Of a stretch of 64,000 bases of DNA, positions 1 to 9,365 are shown piece by piece. Within the stretch, counting starts at the first letter, position 1; each line of letters begins with the position of its first letter. This DNA comes from Candidatus Poribacteria bacterium (GTDB taxonomy: Bacteria; Poribacteria; WGA-4E; WGA-3G). The notes under the pieces were generated by a model that did not search any database, was not told where the DNA came from, and saw nothing but the letters and a program-made list of their open reading frames with translations. The position numbers and the translations under genes were made by a program. Location: NCBI GenBank assembly GCA_965261125.1, contig CBDHCS010000003.1:460801-524800 (forward strand). Direction: 5' to 3'.

Positions 1-304
1 ATAAAACCTAAATGTCTGTTTTCGGAACTGAGTAAAGTGCTGCAGCTCATCAAACTCAAAGATAAAGTGATAGGGTTCTGGAAAATAGGCATCCGGTGTA
101 AGGAATCCATCAGCTTTTGCTGATGTTCCCTTCCAGTCTCCCCCAAATTCATCGTAGAGCTCCATTAGCATATCGTAATAATCACCAAAATGTTCACGAC
201 TCGGTTTGTTACGAAGCCAATCAAACTGCGCGCGTTTCTCTGCTGCAGTCCCTAAAGCCTCTTCCACAAGTGCAATAATACCGACTTCTAACCGCATACG
301 CTGT

Positions 305-1111
305 TTATACAGATTCGGTGTCTAAATCTTTCAAGGCACGCTCGGCTAAAGGAGCCGTTAAACTTGCAAGGTAATCTCTGTCACGTTGTAGTGCCTCTAA
401 TTTGTTGTCACCCTGTACAAATTCTACCTGAATGTAGCCATCATAACCGGCACCACTAAGTGTCTCAACTATCCTGCTATAGTCAACGACACCATCCGCG
501 ATTGCACATGCTTTTCCATTTTCATCAAAATTCTGTGCATGTACGTTGACAACGTGCGGTGCAAGTTTTTGCGCAGCATCATGAGGTTCATCAGCATCAA
601 ACCGGGCGAGTGGCTGATAGTAAGTTTTCAGAGAGGGTTGATTCGTAGTCTCAATTATCTCTAAGATACTATCAACAGTGTCTGTTAGATGGTTATTGTG
701 CATCTCCATGCCCAATTTAATGCTTCGAAAATTTGCCCACTGCGCTAAAGTGACAAACCGAAAAAAGATAAGTCGTTTATCAGCGGGAGCAATGGATTTT
801 GAGGGACCTCCACCTGACCAGATTCTAATCAGATCAGTGCCGAGTTCGTGCGCAATTTTAAACGCTTCCTCTAAATGCTTTTGGTGGAAAGTCATCAAAG
901 GATCAACGTAGGACCCAAAAGCAGAAATCTCCAATCCTTTTTGTTGTGCTAAATCTCTAATGTTTTTGATATACGTTTTATCGTATTCCGCTGGTATGTG
1001 CGGCGGCTTTCCCCAAACTTCAACGCCATCAAAGCCGTAATCTGCTGCAATATCAATAACCTCTTCCAACGGTTTATCTTGAAAAGCGATGGAGCATAAA
1101 CCTAATTTCAT
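305..1111 (-). CDS. sugar phosphate isomerase/epimerase (xylose isomerase-like TIM barrel)
   Basis: 268-aa ORF. The translation has the metal-binding H/D/E pattern typical of the AP-endonuclease-2/xylose-isomerase TIM barrel. It is one of five related paralogs in this window (with 1295-2101, 2296-3072, 14422-15342 and the RhaI-like 3324-4541). Confidence 0.75.
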   Translation of the reverse strand: MKLGLCSIAFQDKPLEEVIDIAADYGFDGVEVWGKPPHIPAEYDKTYIKNIRDLAQQKGLEISAFGSYVDPLMTFHQKHLEEAFKIAHELGTDLIRIWSGGGPSKSIAPADKRLIFFRFVTLAQWANFRSIKLGMEMHNNHLTDTVDSILEIIETTNQPSLKTYYQPLARFDADEPHDAAQKLAPHVVNVHAQNFDENGKACAIADGVVDYSRIVETLSGAGYDGYIQVEFVQGDNKLEALQRDRDYLASLTAPLAERALKDLDTESV

Positions 1112-1294
1112 TGTTTTATCCCCATTTGTGTATTTTTATATAGATAGGATACCATAATAAATGCCAGATTGCAAGGAAAGTTGATTGTACGGGTTTTTAC
1201 TTAAAATCCCGCTGATAACGACTTGTGTCAGTTAACATAAAAACAACTATCTAACACAAGTCGTAAATATACCATAATCTGATGCAGGCAATTT

Positions 1295-2101
1295 CTACAA
1301 CGCATCAATCTTTTCCTGCAAAAATTTCACACAGAACGGCACTTGTTCTTCAGAAAGTCCATGCAGCACTACCGCCCCCTCGTAGCCACACTTCTTTAGC
1401 AAACCGAGATATTGATCGTAATCCAGCAATCCTGTGCCAGCAGCGAGATGTCCTGCTTGCCCATCCCTATCCAAATCCTTTGCGTGTGCAAGCGCGATAT
1501 CTTCGCCAAGCAACGCAAACGCCTCGTCAAGCATTTCGCGCATCTTTGGCAACTCACCTTTGTGGAAGATATTCGCGCCATCCATACAAACCTTCAGGTA
1601 AGGAGACTGCATCTCATCAAGCAGGGAGCGCGCTTTCTGTGCCGAGTCAATCACGTTTGAGACTTCCGGTTCAAACGCCAACGTCACCTTGTGTTCCTGA
1701 GCAATTACCAACGCCTTTTCCATAGATTCAACGAGGTCTTTCCATGCAGACGCGGCGTTATTGTCAGGATGAGCACGCCACATACTATGTGGATCGCGAG
1801 AACCGGTGCAAAGTGTAATGACAGATGTACCAAGCGGTTCACACTGCTCTGCAACGTAGCGTAACATCCTTAATCCCGCGCGGCGTTTCTCCACGTCAGG
1901 GTCAATCATGTTGTAAGTGCCAGAAAGTGCTGAGATCATAATCTTCCGAGACTCCAACTCCTTCCGAATTTTAGCAAGGGGTGGGATGCCCGCAGAAACA
2001 TGAAATTGTAAGTGGTGAATACCGTGCGTTGCCACAACATCAAGGGTTTCTGCCATCGTTTCCCGTCGAATTGTTCCCTCCATGAGTCCTATTTGCATCA
2101 A
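1295..2101 (-). CDS. sugar phosphate isomerase/epimerase (xylose isomerase-like TIM barrel)
   Basis: 268-aa ORF with clear family resemblance to the neighbouring TIM-barrel isomerases (LAFEPE, HAKD motifs). Confidence 0.75.
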   Translation of the reverse strand: MMQIGLMEGTIRRETMAETLDVVATHGIHHLQFHVSAGIPPLAKIRKELESRKIMISALSGTYNMIDPDVEKRRAGLRMLRYVAEQCEPLGTSVITLCTGSRDPHSMWRAHPDNNAASAWKDLVESMEKALVIAQEHKVTLAFEPEVSNVIDSAQKARSLLDEMQSPYLKVCMDGANIFHKGELPKMREMLDEAFALLGEDIALAHAKDLDRDGQAGHLAAGTGLLDYDQYLGLLKKCGYEGAVVLHGLSEEQVPFCVKFLQEKIDAL

Positions 2102-2295
2102 TCGCTCCTAATAAAGTAAAAGAGAATTCTCAAATAACAATTGGTAATAAACCTATCCTGAAAAGACAATATATAGTCGAAATTCATCATATCCTCACTT
2201 GACAATGTAACGTTTCAATGATAGCATATTGTTCGTTGAGAAACAAATTTTATCGGCATGAATGTATGCCGCAGACAAAACAGGAAGGGAAAATT

Positions 2296-3072
2296 ATGGC
2301 AAGAGTACCAATTGGTTTAGAATTATTTTCTGTCCGCAATGAGTTAGCAGAAGATGCCCGCGGCACAATAAAAGCAGTTGCTGAAATGGGATATGAAGGT
2401 GTAGAATTCGCAGGTCCACCCCAACATTCGGCTGAGGAGTTGAAAGGTTACCTTGATGAATTCGGGTTAGTCTGTTGTGGATGGCATACACCGTTCAACC
2501 TCGTTCAAGAGAATACCCTCACTGACACGATTGAATTCAACAAGGTCCTTGAAAATCGTTATGTTATCATTCCGGGAATTCCTGGTGAATTGCGTCAATC
2601 GCGCGCAGATTGGTTGAAGTTAGCAGATTTCTTCAATGAACTTGCTGACAAACTGGCACCACACGGCATGGTAACAGGCTATCATAACCATCACGTCGAA
2701 TTCTCACCTATGGATGGCGAAATTCAGTGGGATACTTTCTTCGGTAACACAAACGATGGGGTTGTGATGCAACTGGATATGGGGAATGCTCTCAACGGAG
2801 GTGCCGATCTCGTTGCCATTTTGGAGAAATATCCAGGACGGGCTGGAACGGTGCATCTCAAACCGTATACTCTATCAGAGAATGAAGAAGATGGACATGC
2901 CGGTTTTCGCCCTATTATTGGTGAGGACAGCGTGCCGTGGCAAGAGATTTTCCGCGTCTGTGAAACAACAGGCGGCACACAATGGTATATCGTTGAATAT
3001 GAAAGTGATGCCTTCCCACCTTTAGAGGCAGTGGAACGTTGCCTAAAAGCATTAAAAGAGATGGGCAAGTAA
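2296..3072 (+). CDS. sugar phosphate isomerase/epimerase (xylose isomerase-like TIM barrel)
   Basis: The ORF track starts at 2218. The ATG at 2296 (MARVPIGLELFSV) is preceded by an AGGAAGGG ribosome-binding site. The protein has GYEGVEF and GYHNH motifs of the family. Confidence 0.75.
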   Translation: MARVPIGLELFSVRNELAEDARGTIKAVAEMGYEGVEFAGPPQHSAEELKGYLDEFGLVCCGWHTPFNLVQENTLTDTIEFNKVLENRYVIIPGIPGELRQSRADWLKLADFFNELADKLAPHGMVTGYHNHHVEFSPMDGEIQWDTFFGNTNDGVVMQLDMGNALNGGADLVAILEKYPGRAGTVHLKPYTLSENEEDGHAGFRPIIGEDSVPWQEIFRVCETTGGTQWYIVEYESDAFPPLEAVERCLKALKEMGK

Positions 3073-3323
3073 TTCCAGGGTTATTTAGTTTTAAGAATTC
3101 TTAGTCATTAAGGTTAACTTCAAGTTTAGATTTGAAAATCCTGGTTCAGACAATAAGTGATTCAGGACAGACAATAAGTCCATTGATATATTAACGTCTG
3201 TGATAAATCTGCCAGAAAAATCGAAAACTAAATAACCCTGCTAATTGCATGGTGATCTTTACATAAAAATGGGAAATATGATATAATTGTCCCCAAAATA
3301 TGAACTGTAATCAGGAGACATAT

Positions 3324-4541
3324 ATGAGCAGCAGTCCAGCTTATAACCTGTTAGCCGAAACATTAAAAAAACAGGGAATTCAAGTTGATATAATTAAGGC
3401 ACATCTCAAACAGCAACATATTGAAACACCTTCGTGGGGTTACGGAAATTCCGGTACCAGATTTGGCGTGTTTGAACAGCCCGGCGCAGCAAGAAATGCT
3501 GCAGAACGTTTAGAAGACGCAGCCACAGTACATAGGTTCACTGGTGTAGCGCCTACCGTAGCGCTTCACATTCCATGGGATAAAACCGATGACTGGGAAG
3601 CATTGAAACAGTATGCAGCAGATGTTGGCATCGGAATCGGCGCAATTAACCCAAACGTTTTTCAAGACCAAGTGTATAAACTTGGTAGTGTCTGCAATCC
3701 GGAGGCAGAGGTCCGGCGCCTCGCGATTAACCACATGTTAGAATGTGTTGAGATAATGCAGAAAACAGGATCAGATTTACTCAGTTTGTGGTTTGCTGAT
3801 GGCACTAACTTTCCCGGTCAAGCCAATTTCAGAAAACGTAAGCAGTGGATGACAGAAGCGTTAGGTGAGGTTTACGATGCACTTCCCGATGCTACCCGCA
3901 TGCTGATTGAGTATAAGTTCTTTGAACCTGCATTCTATCACACCGATTTAGCGGATTGGGGCACCGCTTATCTGATGGCAACAAAACTGGGACCGAAAGC
4001 ACAAGTCCTCGTTGACCTCGGACATCATCCGCAAGGCACAAATATTGAATTCATTGTTGCGTCCCTAATTGACGAAGGTAAACTTGGCGGATTCCACTTT
4101 AACTGCCGAAAATACGCGGACGATGACCTGACGGTAGGGTCTATCAATCCACAAGAACTTTTTCTAATCTATACCGAACTTGTCGCCGCGGAACTTGATC
4201 CTGATACGGAAACCGACATCGCCTATATGATTGACCAAAGCCATAATTTGAAACCGAAGGTGGAGGCGAGCATCCAATCGGTATGCAACTTGCAAAAAGC
4301 TTATGCAAAGGCGCTGTTAGTTGACCGCGAGGCGTTGGCAGCAGCACAAGACGCAGCGGACTTGGTGGAAGCAGAAAGCATCCTCCAACGGGCATCCGAA
4401 ACAGACGTGAACCCATTACTTGAGCAGGTGCGCTTGGAGATGGGACGAGACCCGCATCCATTAACAGCATACCGAAAGAGTGGTTACTACGAGAAGATTA
4501 GTAAAGCACGCGTCGGTGGTGAAAGCCAAGGCTGGGCATGA
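3324..4541 (+). CDS. L-rhamnose isomerase-like sugar isomerase (P. stutzeri/Streptomyces-type, TIM barrel)
   Basis: About 405 aa. An AGGAGA ribosome-binding site precedes ATG 3324. The length and motifs ([22 protein letters not shown]) match the ~430-aa non-E. coli L-RhI family as I recall it. Confidence 0.6.
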   Translation: MSSSPAYNLLAETLKKQGIQVDIIKAHLKQQHIETPSWGYGNSGTRFGVFEQPGAARNAAERLEDAATVHRFTGVAPTVALHIPWDKTDDWEALKQYAADVGIGIGAINPNVFQDQVYKLGSVCNPEAEVRRLAINHMLECVEIMQKTGSDLLSLWFADGTNFPGQANFRKRKQWMTEALGEVYDALPDATRMLIEYKFFEPAFYHTDLADWGTAYLMATKLGPKAQVLVDLGHHPQGTNIEFIVASLIDEGKLGGFHFNCRKYADDDLTVGSINPQELFLIYTELVAAELDPDTETDIAYMIDQSHNLKPKVEASIQSVCNLQKAYAKALLVDREALAAAQDAADLVEAESILQRASETDVNPLLEQVRLEMGRDPHPLTAYRKSGYYEKISKARVGGESQGWA

Positions 4542-5212
4542 ACACAGAACACCTAAAGAAAATTGCTGCAGAAAAAGCCACAGAGGAGGTTCGAGACAGG
4601 ACGGTTGTCGGATTAGGGACCGGCTCTACCGTCTACTACGCGCTTTTAAAGCTTGGAGCGATGGTTCGAGATGGTCTTAATATCATTGGAATTCCAACCT
4701 CTGATGGCACAGAGAAAATTGCCACAGAACAAGGCATTCCCCTCTCAACACTTGCGGTTCATCCTACAATAGAATTAACAATTGACGGTGCTGACGAGGT
4801 AGATGCACATCTGAACTTGATTAAGGGCGGCGGTGCAGCCCTGGTTAGAGAAAAGATTATCGCAAACGCCTCTCAACGAATCCTGATTGTTGTTGATGAA
4901 AGCAAGGTTTCTCGTGTGCTCGGTACTTCGTTTGCCCTACCGGTAGAAATTGTACAGTTCGGGTGGGAAGCAACACAGCGCGAAGTTGATAAAATCTGTG
5001 GAAAATCAGATATCCGGAGTGGAATTGAAAACCCACTGATTACGGATAATGGAAACTATATCTTGGACTGCCACTTTGATGGAATCCCTGACCCAGAAAA
5101 GGTTGAGTTGCAACTAAACAATGTCCCTGGTGTCGTTGAGAACGGTATTTTTGTGAACCGCGCGGACAAAGTTATCATCGGCACGCCTTCTGGTATCCAA
5201 TACATGGAGTAG
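4538..5212 (+). CDS. rpiA: ribose-5-phosphate isomerase A
   Basis: 224 aa with canonical RpiA motifs GLGTGST, DGADEVD and KGGGAAL(V)REK. Its ATG overlaps the stop of the upstream gene in an ATGA junction. Confidence 0.92.
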   Translation: MNTEHLKKIAAEKATEEVRDRTVVGLGTGSTVYYALLKLGAMVRDGLNIIGIPTSDGTEKIATEQGIPLSTLAVHPTIELTIDGADEVDAHLNLIKGGGAALVREKIIANASQRILIVVDESKVSRVLGTSFALPVEIVQFGWEATQREVDKICGKSDIRSGIENPLITDNGNYILDCHFDGIPDPEKVELQLNNVPGVVENGIFVNRADKVIIGTPSGIQYME

Positions 5213-5217
5213 CATCA

Positions 5218-6042
5218 ATGACCCGACATCTAATCTTGTTTTTTTTCCTATTCACTGCTTTCTTGACGCTATCCGTTCCTGTTACCAGTGAGATATTCAC
5301 GGACAGTGGATTGATGGATATCCCAACAGGTGAAGTGCTAAAACACGGTATATTCGGAGTAGGGGTATATGCCCCTTTCCAATGGACCACACATTTCAAA
5401 CGGGATCCTGTTGCGTTCCGTGTCAACTTCGGGATGTTTGATAGAATTGAGCTTGGCGCATCACACATACTCCCGCAGGCCAATGATGCCTCGCGTTCCT
5501 TCTTAGGACACCTAAAAGCACAGCTTTTAAATGAAACTGGAAAAATACCGAATGTAGCAATCGGTATTGACAATCTCGGAGATAACGTTATACAAGAGTG
5601 GAATACCTATCATGCTAATTCAGCATATCTTGTAATCAGTAAGACCTTCAATTTACCGCGAATTCACCTTATTTCAGGACATATCGGTGTTGGTAATCAC
5701 CGGTTCGCGTTTGATGAAAGCCCAATCGGATTGTTCGCAGGTGTAAGCACAGAACTTTATCCTGCTTTTGTAAGAGGAGATATTGGTATTAGTCTGGAAT
5801 TTGATGGGACAGGTATAAATGCCGGTGTGCGGCATACTGCCGATAGTGGACTTCAGATCGCGCTCGGTGCTGAGACGTTGAATAAAATAGAAGATATCCG
5901 TTATCTTGTCTCTATCTCTTGGTCAAATGCAAAAATGATGGAACAGATTGACGGTGCAAAGCGGCTTGCCCGACAAGCAGCTAAACTTGCAAGTCAGGCA
6001 AAGAGTAAACCTACGAAAGAAGAGGGGACATCAGAACAGTAG
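5218..6042 (+). CDS. secreted hypothetical protein with Lys/Ala-rich C-terminal tail
   Basis: The N-terminus is a hydrophobic signal peptide (LILFFFLFTAFLTLSVPVTS). No recognisable catalytic motif. Confidence 0.55.
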   Translation: MTRHLILFFFLFTAFLTLSVPVTSEIFTDSGLMDIPTGEVLKHGIFGVGVYAPFQWTTHFKRDPVAFRVNFGMFDRIELGASHILPQANDASRSFLGHLKAQLLNETGKIPNVAIGIDNLGDNVIQEWNTYHANSAYLVISKTFNLPRIHLISGHIGVGNHRFAFDESPIGLFAGVSTELYPAFVRGDIGISLEFDGTGINAGVRHTADSGLQIALGAETLNKIEDIRYLVSISWSNAKMMEQIDGAKRLARQAAKLASQAKSKPTKEEGTSEQ

Positions 6043-6057
6043 ACACATTTTTCTCAC

Positions 6058-6954
6058 CTACTGTTTTGCATCAATAGATTCCATTACATTTTGTAACAAT
6101 TTGAGCAATTCCGAAGATAGATCCTGCGGTGGCACGAGGATAATCTCAATCCTGCGGTTTTTCGCCTTCGCTTCCGCTGTTTCTGCTGTGTCTATCGGTT
6201 GATAGAAGGCATATCCTGTTCCCGATAAACGCTCTGGATTGATCTTGGCATTTTCTTGCAAGTACTTCACCGCAGAAATTGATCGGTCTGTAGAAAGGTC
6301 CCAGTTCCGTAGTGCCGAACCCGCTATCGGGTTGTTGTCTGTATGCCCTTCAATGCGGATAGCGTAATCCGAATAATTTGGGTTTAGTAACACCTCTTCT
6401 GCAATTGCGTCAAGGAGTGCTTTTCCCTCTTTACTAAGGGTTGCGCTACCTGTTTCAAACAGAATTTTCCCTTTGACATCAAGCGTTAATCGTCCCGCTT
6501 CATCCAGCACAGCACCCACTGTATCTTTAAATCTTTCCTGAATAGCAGCAATTGAACGTTGTGATTGGTCGCGAATCCGCTGTAATTCAGATTCAATCTC
6601 ATTCAATTTTGCGCGGAGACTCTCTTTTTCGCGTTCAAGATTACTTTTATCTTGCTGGAGTTTGTTCCGTTCAGCAGCAATTTTTCGCGCCGCTTCGCTT
6701 GCATTTTCTAATATTTCTTTCGTTTGGTTCAGTTCTGTCTGTGTCTCTCTTAGTGTTTTCTCAGTTTCAGTTAACTTCTTTTCCAAACCTGTCTTTGCAG
6801 TTTCAGTTGTCTGTAATGTTGTTTGCGTGGTAGACAGATCTGCTTCTGTCTGCTTAAGTTTCTCAGAAGTAGAATAGAGCAGAACCCCCAGAACAATGGC
6901 AGCAACAACAGCAACGACTATAGATATGATTGAAATGATCCCTTTTGTACCCAT
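6058..6954 (-). CDS. OmpA/MotB-family membrane protein with long coiled-coil
   Basis: An AAGGAG ribosome-binding site lies 7 nt before the ATG at 6954 (MGTKG). The protein has an N-terminal TM helix and a heptad-rich region rich in Q, E, K and L. Its C-terminal OmpA-like peptidoglycan-binding motif reads IEGHTDN...NWDLSTDRS...NRRIEI. Confidence 0.8.
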   Translation of the reverse strand: MGTKGIISIISIVVAVVAAIVLGVLLYSTSEKLKQTEADLSTTQTTLQTTETAKTGLEKKLTETEKTLRETQTELNQTKEILENASEAARKIAAERNKLQQDKSNLEREKESLRAKLNEIESELQRIRDQSQRSIAAIQERFKDTVGAVLDEAGRLTLDVKGKILFETGSATLSKEGKALLDAIAEEVLLNPNYSDYAIRIEGHTDNNPIAGSALRNWDLSTDRSISAVKYLQENAKINPERLSGTGYAFYQPIDTAETAEAKAKNRRIEIILVPPQDLSSELLKLLQNVMESIDAKQ

Positions 6955-6955
6955 T

Positions 6956-7252
6956 TTATTCTCCTTGTAGGTTGAGTATGACATCAAATGTATCGTTTTT
7001 TGATGTCTTATTCTTTTTAGTTATACCGCATACTATGCAACGGTGGATTAGAACATAGTCCGCTTGTTTCATGGTGAACCCTATCGGTTCCATTAGTCCC
7101 TTACAAGTTTCAGCGCGATCACCCGGATTGACATCTACGTGTTGACTCCAGAGACATTCCGGGCAATGATTGGTGTAGCCATCTCCTTTCACGAATATTC
7201 CGCAATTTCCACAGGTAAAATCTTCAATGTGACGTTGGAATTTTTTGTTCAA
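6956..7252 (-). CDS. RNHCP-domain zinc-ribbon protein
   Basis: 98 aa with CGNCG...TNHCPECLWSQHVD...PGDR...HRCIVCG, which matches the RNHCP domain signature. Confidence 0.7.
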   Translation of the reverse strand: MNKKFQRHIEDFTCGNCGIFVKGDGYTNHCPECLWSQHVDVNPGDRAETCKGLMEPIGFTMKQADYVLIHRCIVCGITKKNKTSKNDTFDVILNLQGE

Positions 7253-7303
7253 GTGAAAACCTCCAGCTTACGCCGCTCGCTGTTGCGGTTACTCTTAATT
7301 AAT

Positions 7304-9328
7304 TTAGGAATTTATAAAGGGTTTCACATCCCACAGCAGGATAGTACCATCAAAACTACCACTCGCCAAAAGCTTCCCGTTTGGTGAAAACGTCAGTATT
7401 TCAATATCTGTTGTATGTCCCCAGAAGGTGTGTATGTTTTCACCAGTAGCAACGTCCCACAATCGTATTGCCATTTTTTCTATTCCCTTTTGCCACCAAG
7501 TGCCAGATGCAAGGTAACGTCCACAAGGTGAAAAGGAAAGTGCAAAAGGTTTTAGACTGTCCTCGGGTTGTGAAATTGTGTGCAGTAGCGTCAATTCTTC
7601 AGCACACCACAAGAGAAGTTTGCCAAACATTCCACCAGCAATTACGCTGCCATCTGGAGAAAAAGCTAATGCCATAGTTGTAAATGGTTTTTCTAAGGGT
7701 AACTGGGCTATTTCTACATCTACCTCAACATCCCAAAGACGTACAGTTTTATCACTTGATCCACTCACGATCCTTCTTCCATCTGATGAAAATGCTAACG
7801 CCCAGACGTGATCTGTATGTCCTCTGAAATGTCTCGGTTTTTCATTGTGTTGAATATCCCAGAGATAGATTACCCCACCTTTACCACTAAAAGCAATGCA
7901 TTCTTCTGAAATTGCAAATGTATCATTTCCTAACTGCGTAGGAGGCGTGAATTCAGCGATCAGAATCCTGTCTGTTTTATTTATTTTATACACCTTGTAG
8001 ATGTTGGGGGTCCAGTTAACAGCGAGTATGTCCCCTCCGGGTAAAAAAGTAAAAGACTTGAAGATTTCATTAAATTCATTCTGAATTGATATTCTCTGTG
8101 TCTGATTGCTTTTTATATTCCACAACACGATATCTCTTCCCATAATGCCTTGCACCGCAAGTGCCTCTCCATCGGTAAATTGGACATTACGTGGAAAACA
8201 GAGCGGTTCACTAAGTGTTGAAAAGGTGTGTGTGTTTTCAGATTTCGTTCGCTTATCAGATAAGGTGTGGGCAATCACTAACTTCAGGCATTTAGAAAAC
8301 CATTTATAACCAATACTCTCTTTTTGTTGTTCATAAGTCTGTAATATTTTACGTTCTTCTACGTTCCATACTACAATAGTGCTACCGGTAAACACGGTCG
8401 CAAGAAGAGTCCCGTCAGGCAAATAAAAAGGTTGTCCATAGCCATCATAAGTTTTCTTGAGCACACCCTGTGTTAAATCCCTTATGTATAGTGTCCTACT
8501 TCGATCACTTGATGCCAAGAACTGACCACAAGGTGAAAATCTAATAGTCCTCACCAATTCCTTATGTTCCGTAAAGTGAGCGACGCGTTCACCTGTTACT
8601 ATATCCCACACTAAAATATCACTTGCATAGCGAACAGGTGTGGTATCAGGTATTTTGTGCAGATTCTCACACGCCAACAAGCGGCTGTCCGGGGAGAAAG
8701 CAAAATTCCTCCCTATAAACTTAGCCGTGATTGATCCTGCCATTGGGTTCCACAAATAAGTTTGACTTCCTATTGTGGCAGCAACGAGTTGCCCATCCGG
8801 AGAAAATTGGAGTTTGGAAATATGGTTTGTCTGCCTATCATTTGACTCATGCTCCATTTGTACGATGCATTCACCTGTATGAACATCTAATATTTCTACA
8901 TTACCATCACGATTTACGATGGCAATCCAACAGCTGTCTGGAGAAAATGTTAGATGTTTACAAATTGTATGTTTTAGCGTTTGTGTTATACACTCACCAT
9001 TCTGAATGTCCCGCACTTTAATGAAACCGTCCCAATTGGCAAAAGCAATCAGTTTACCATCAGGTGAAATATCCACGGTAGAAATCATTCCCCGTTCCGT
9101 TTCCCATAACGCAATAGGAGACATTGAAGAAATTTCATACCACCAGAGTCCCATACGTGTGCCTACAGCGAAATATGTATTATCAGGAGAAAGTGCTATC
9201 TCACTATTACCGCTATAGTCTTGAAATCCTTTTCCCAGACGAGCAAACGCACCTTTTGGTAATGCCCATGTTGTTCCTGTTAGGTCATCTGGGGTGAAAT
9301 TCAGTGGTGCAGGTTTTGGATTTTGCAT
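7304..9328 (-). CDS. WD40-repeat beta-propeller protein
   Basis: 674 aa with many FSPDG...LAS...W(D/N) WD repeats. The N-terminus MQNPKPAPLNF...TGTTWALPKGAFARLGKG is nearly identical to that of the downstream paralog. Confidence 0.85.
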   Translation of the reverse strand: MQNPKPAPLNFTPDDLTGTTWALPKGAFARLGKGFQDYSGNSEIALSPDNTYFAVGTRMGLWWYEISSMSPIALWETERGMISTVDISPDGKLIAFANWDGFIKVRDIQNGECITQTLKHTICKHLTFSPDSCWIAIVNRDGNVEILDVHTGECIVQMEHESNDRQTNHISKLQFSPDGQLVAATIGSQTYLWNPMAGSITAKFIGRNFAFSPDSRLLACENLHKIPDTTPVRYASDILVWDIVTGERVAHFTEHKELVRTIRFSPCGQFLASSDRSRTLYIRDLTQGVLKKTYDGYGQPFYLPDGTLLATVFTGSTIVVWNVEERKILQTYEQQKESIGYKWFSKCLKLVIAHTLSDKRTKSENTHTFSTLSEPLCFPRNVQFTDGEALAVQGIMGRDIVLWNIKSNQTQRISIQNEFNEIFKSFTFLPGGDILAVNWTPNIYKVYKINKTDRILIAEFTPPTQLGNDTFAISEECIAFSGKGGVIYLWDIQHNEKPRHFRGHTDHVWALAFSSDGRRIVSGSSDKTVRLWDVEVDVEIAQLPLEKPFTTMALAFSPDGSVIAGGMFGKLLLWCAEELTLLHTISQPEDSLKPFALSFSPCGRYLASGTWWQKGIEKMAIRLWDVATGENIHTFWGHTTDIEILTFSPNGKLLASGSFDGTILLWDVKPFINS

Positions 9329-9365
9329 AGCATTCGTTCTTTAACAGATTCAAAATCAATTTTTA

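Noticed and set aside
1282-1725. 147-aa + strand ORF, plus others inside coding regions (27092-27996, 28944-29827, 59499-60038, 55873-56517, 35040-35507)
   Set aside because: They fully overlap well-supported genes on the opposite strand. Their composition is low-complexity or Arg/Ser/Pro-biased, as expected of shadow ORFs.
2218-2295. Upstream extension of the TIM-barrel gene (MIAYCSLRNKF...)
   Set aside because: There is no ribosome-binding site at 2218. A good AGGAAGGG site precedes ATG 2296, and the family alignment begins at MARVPIG.
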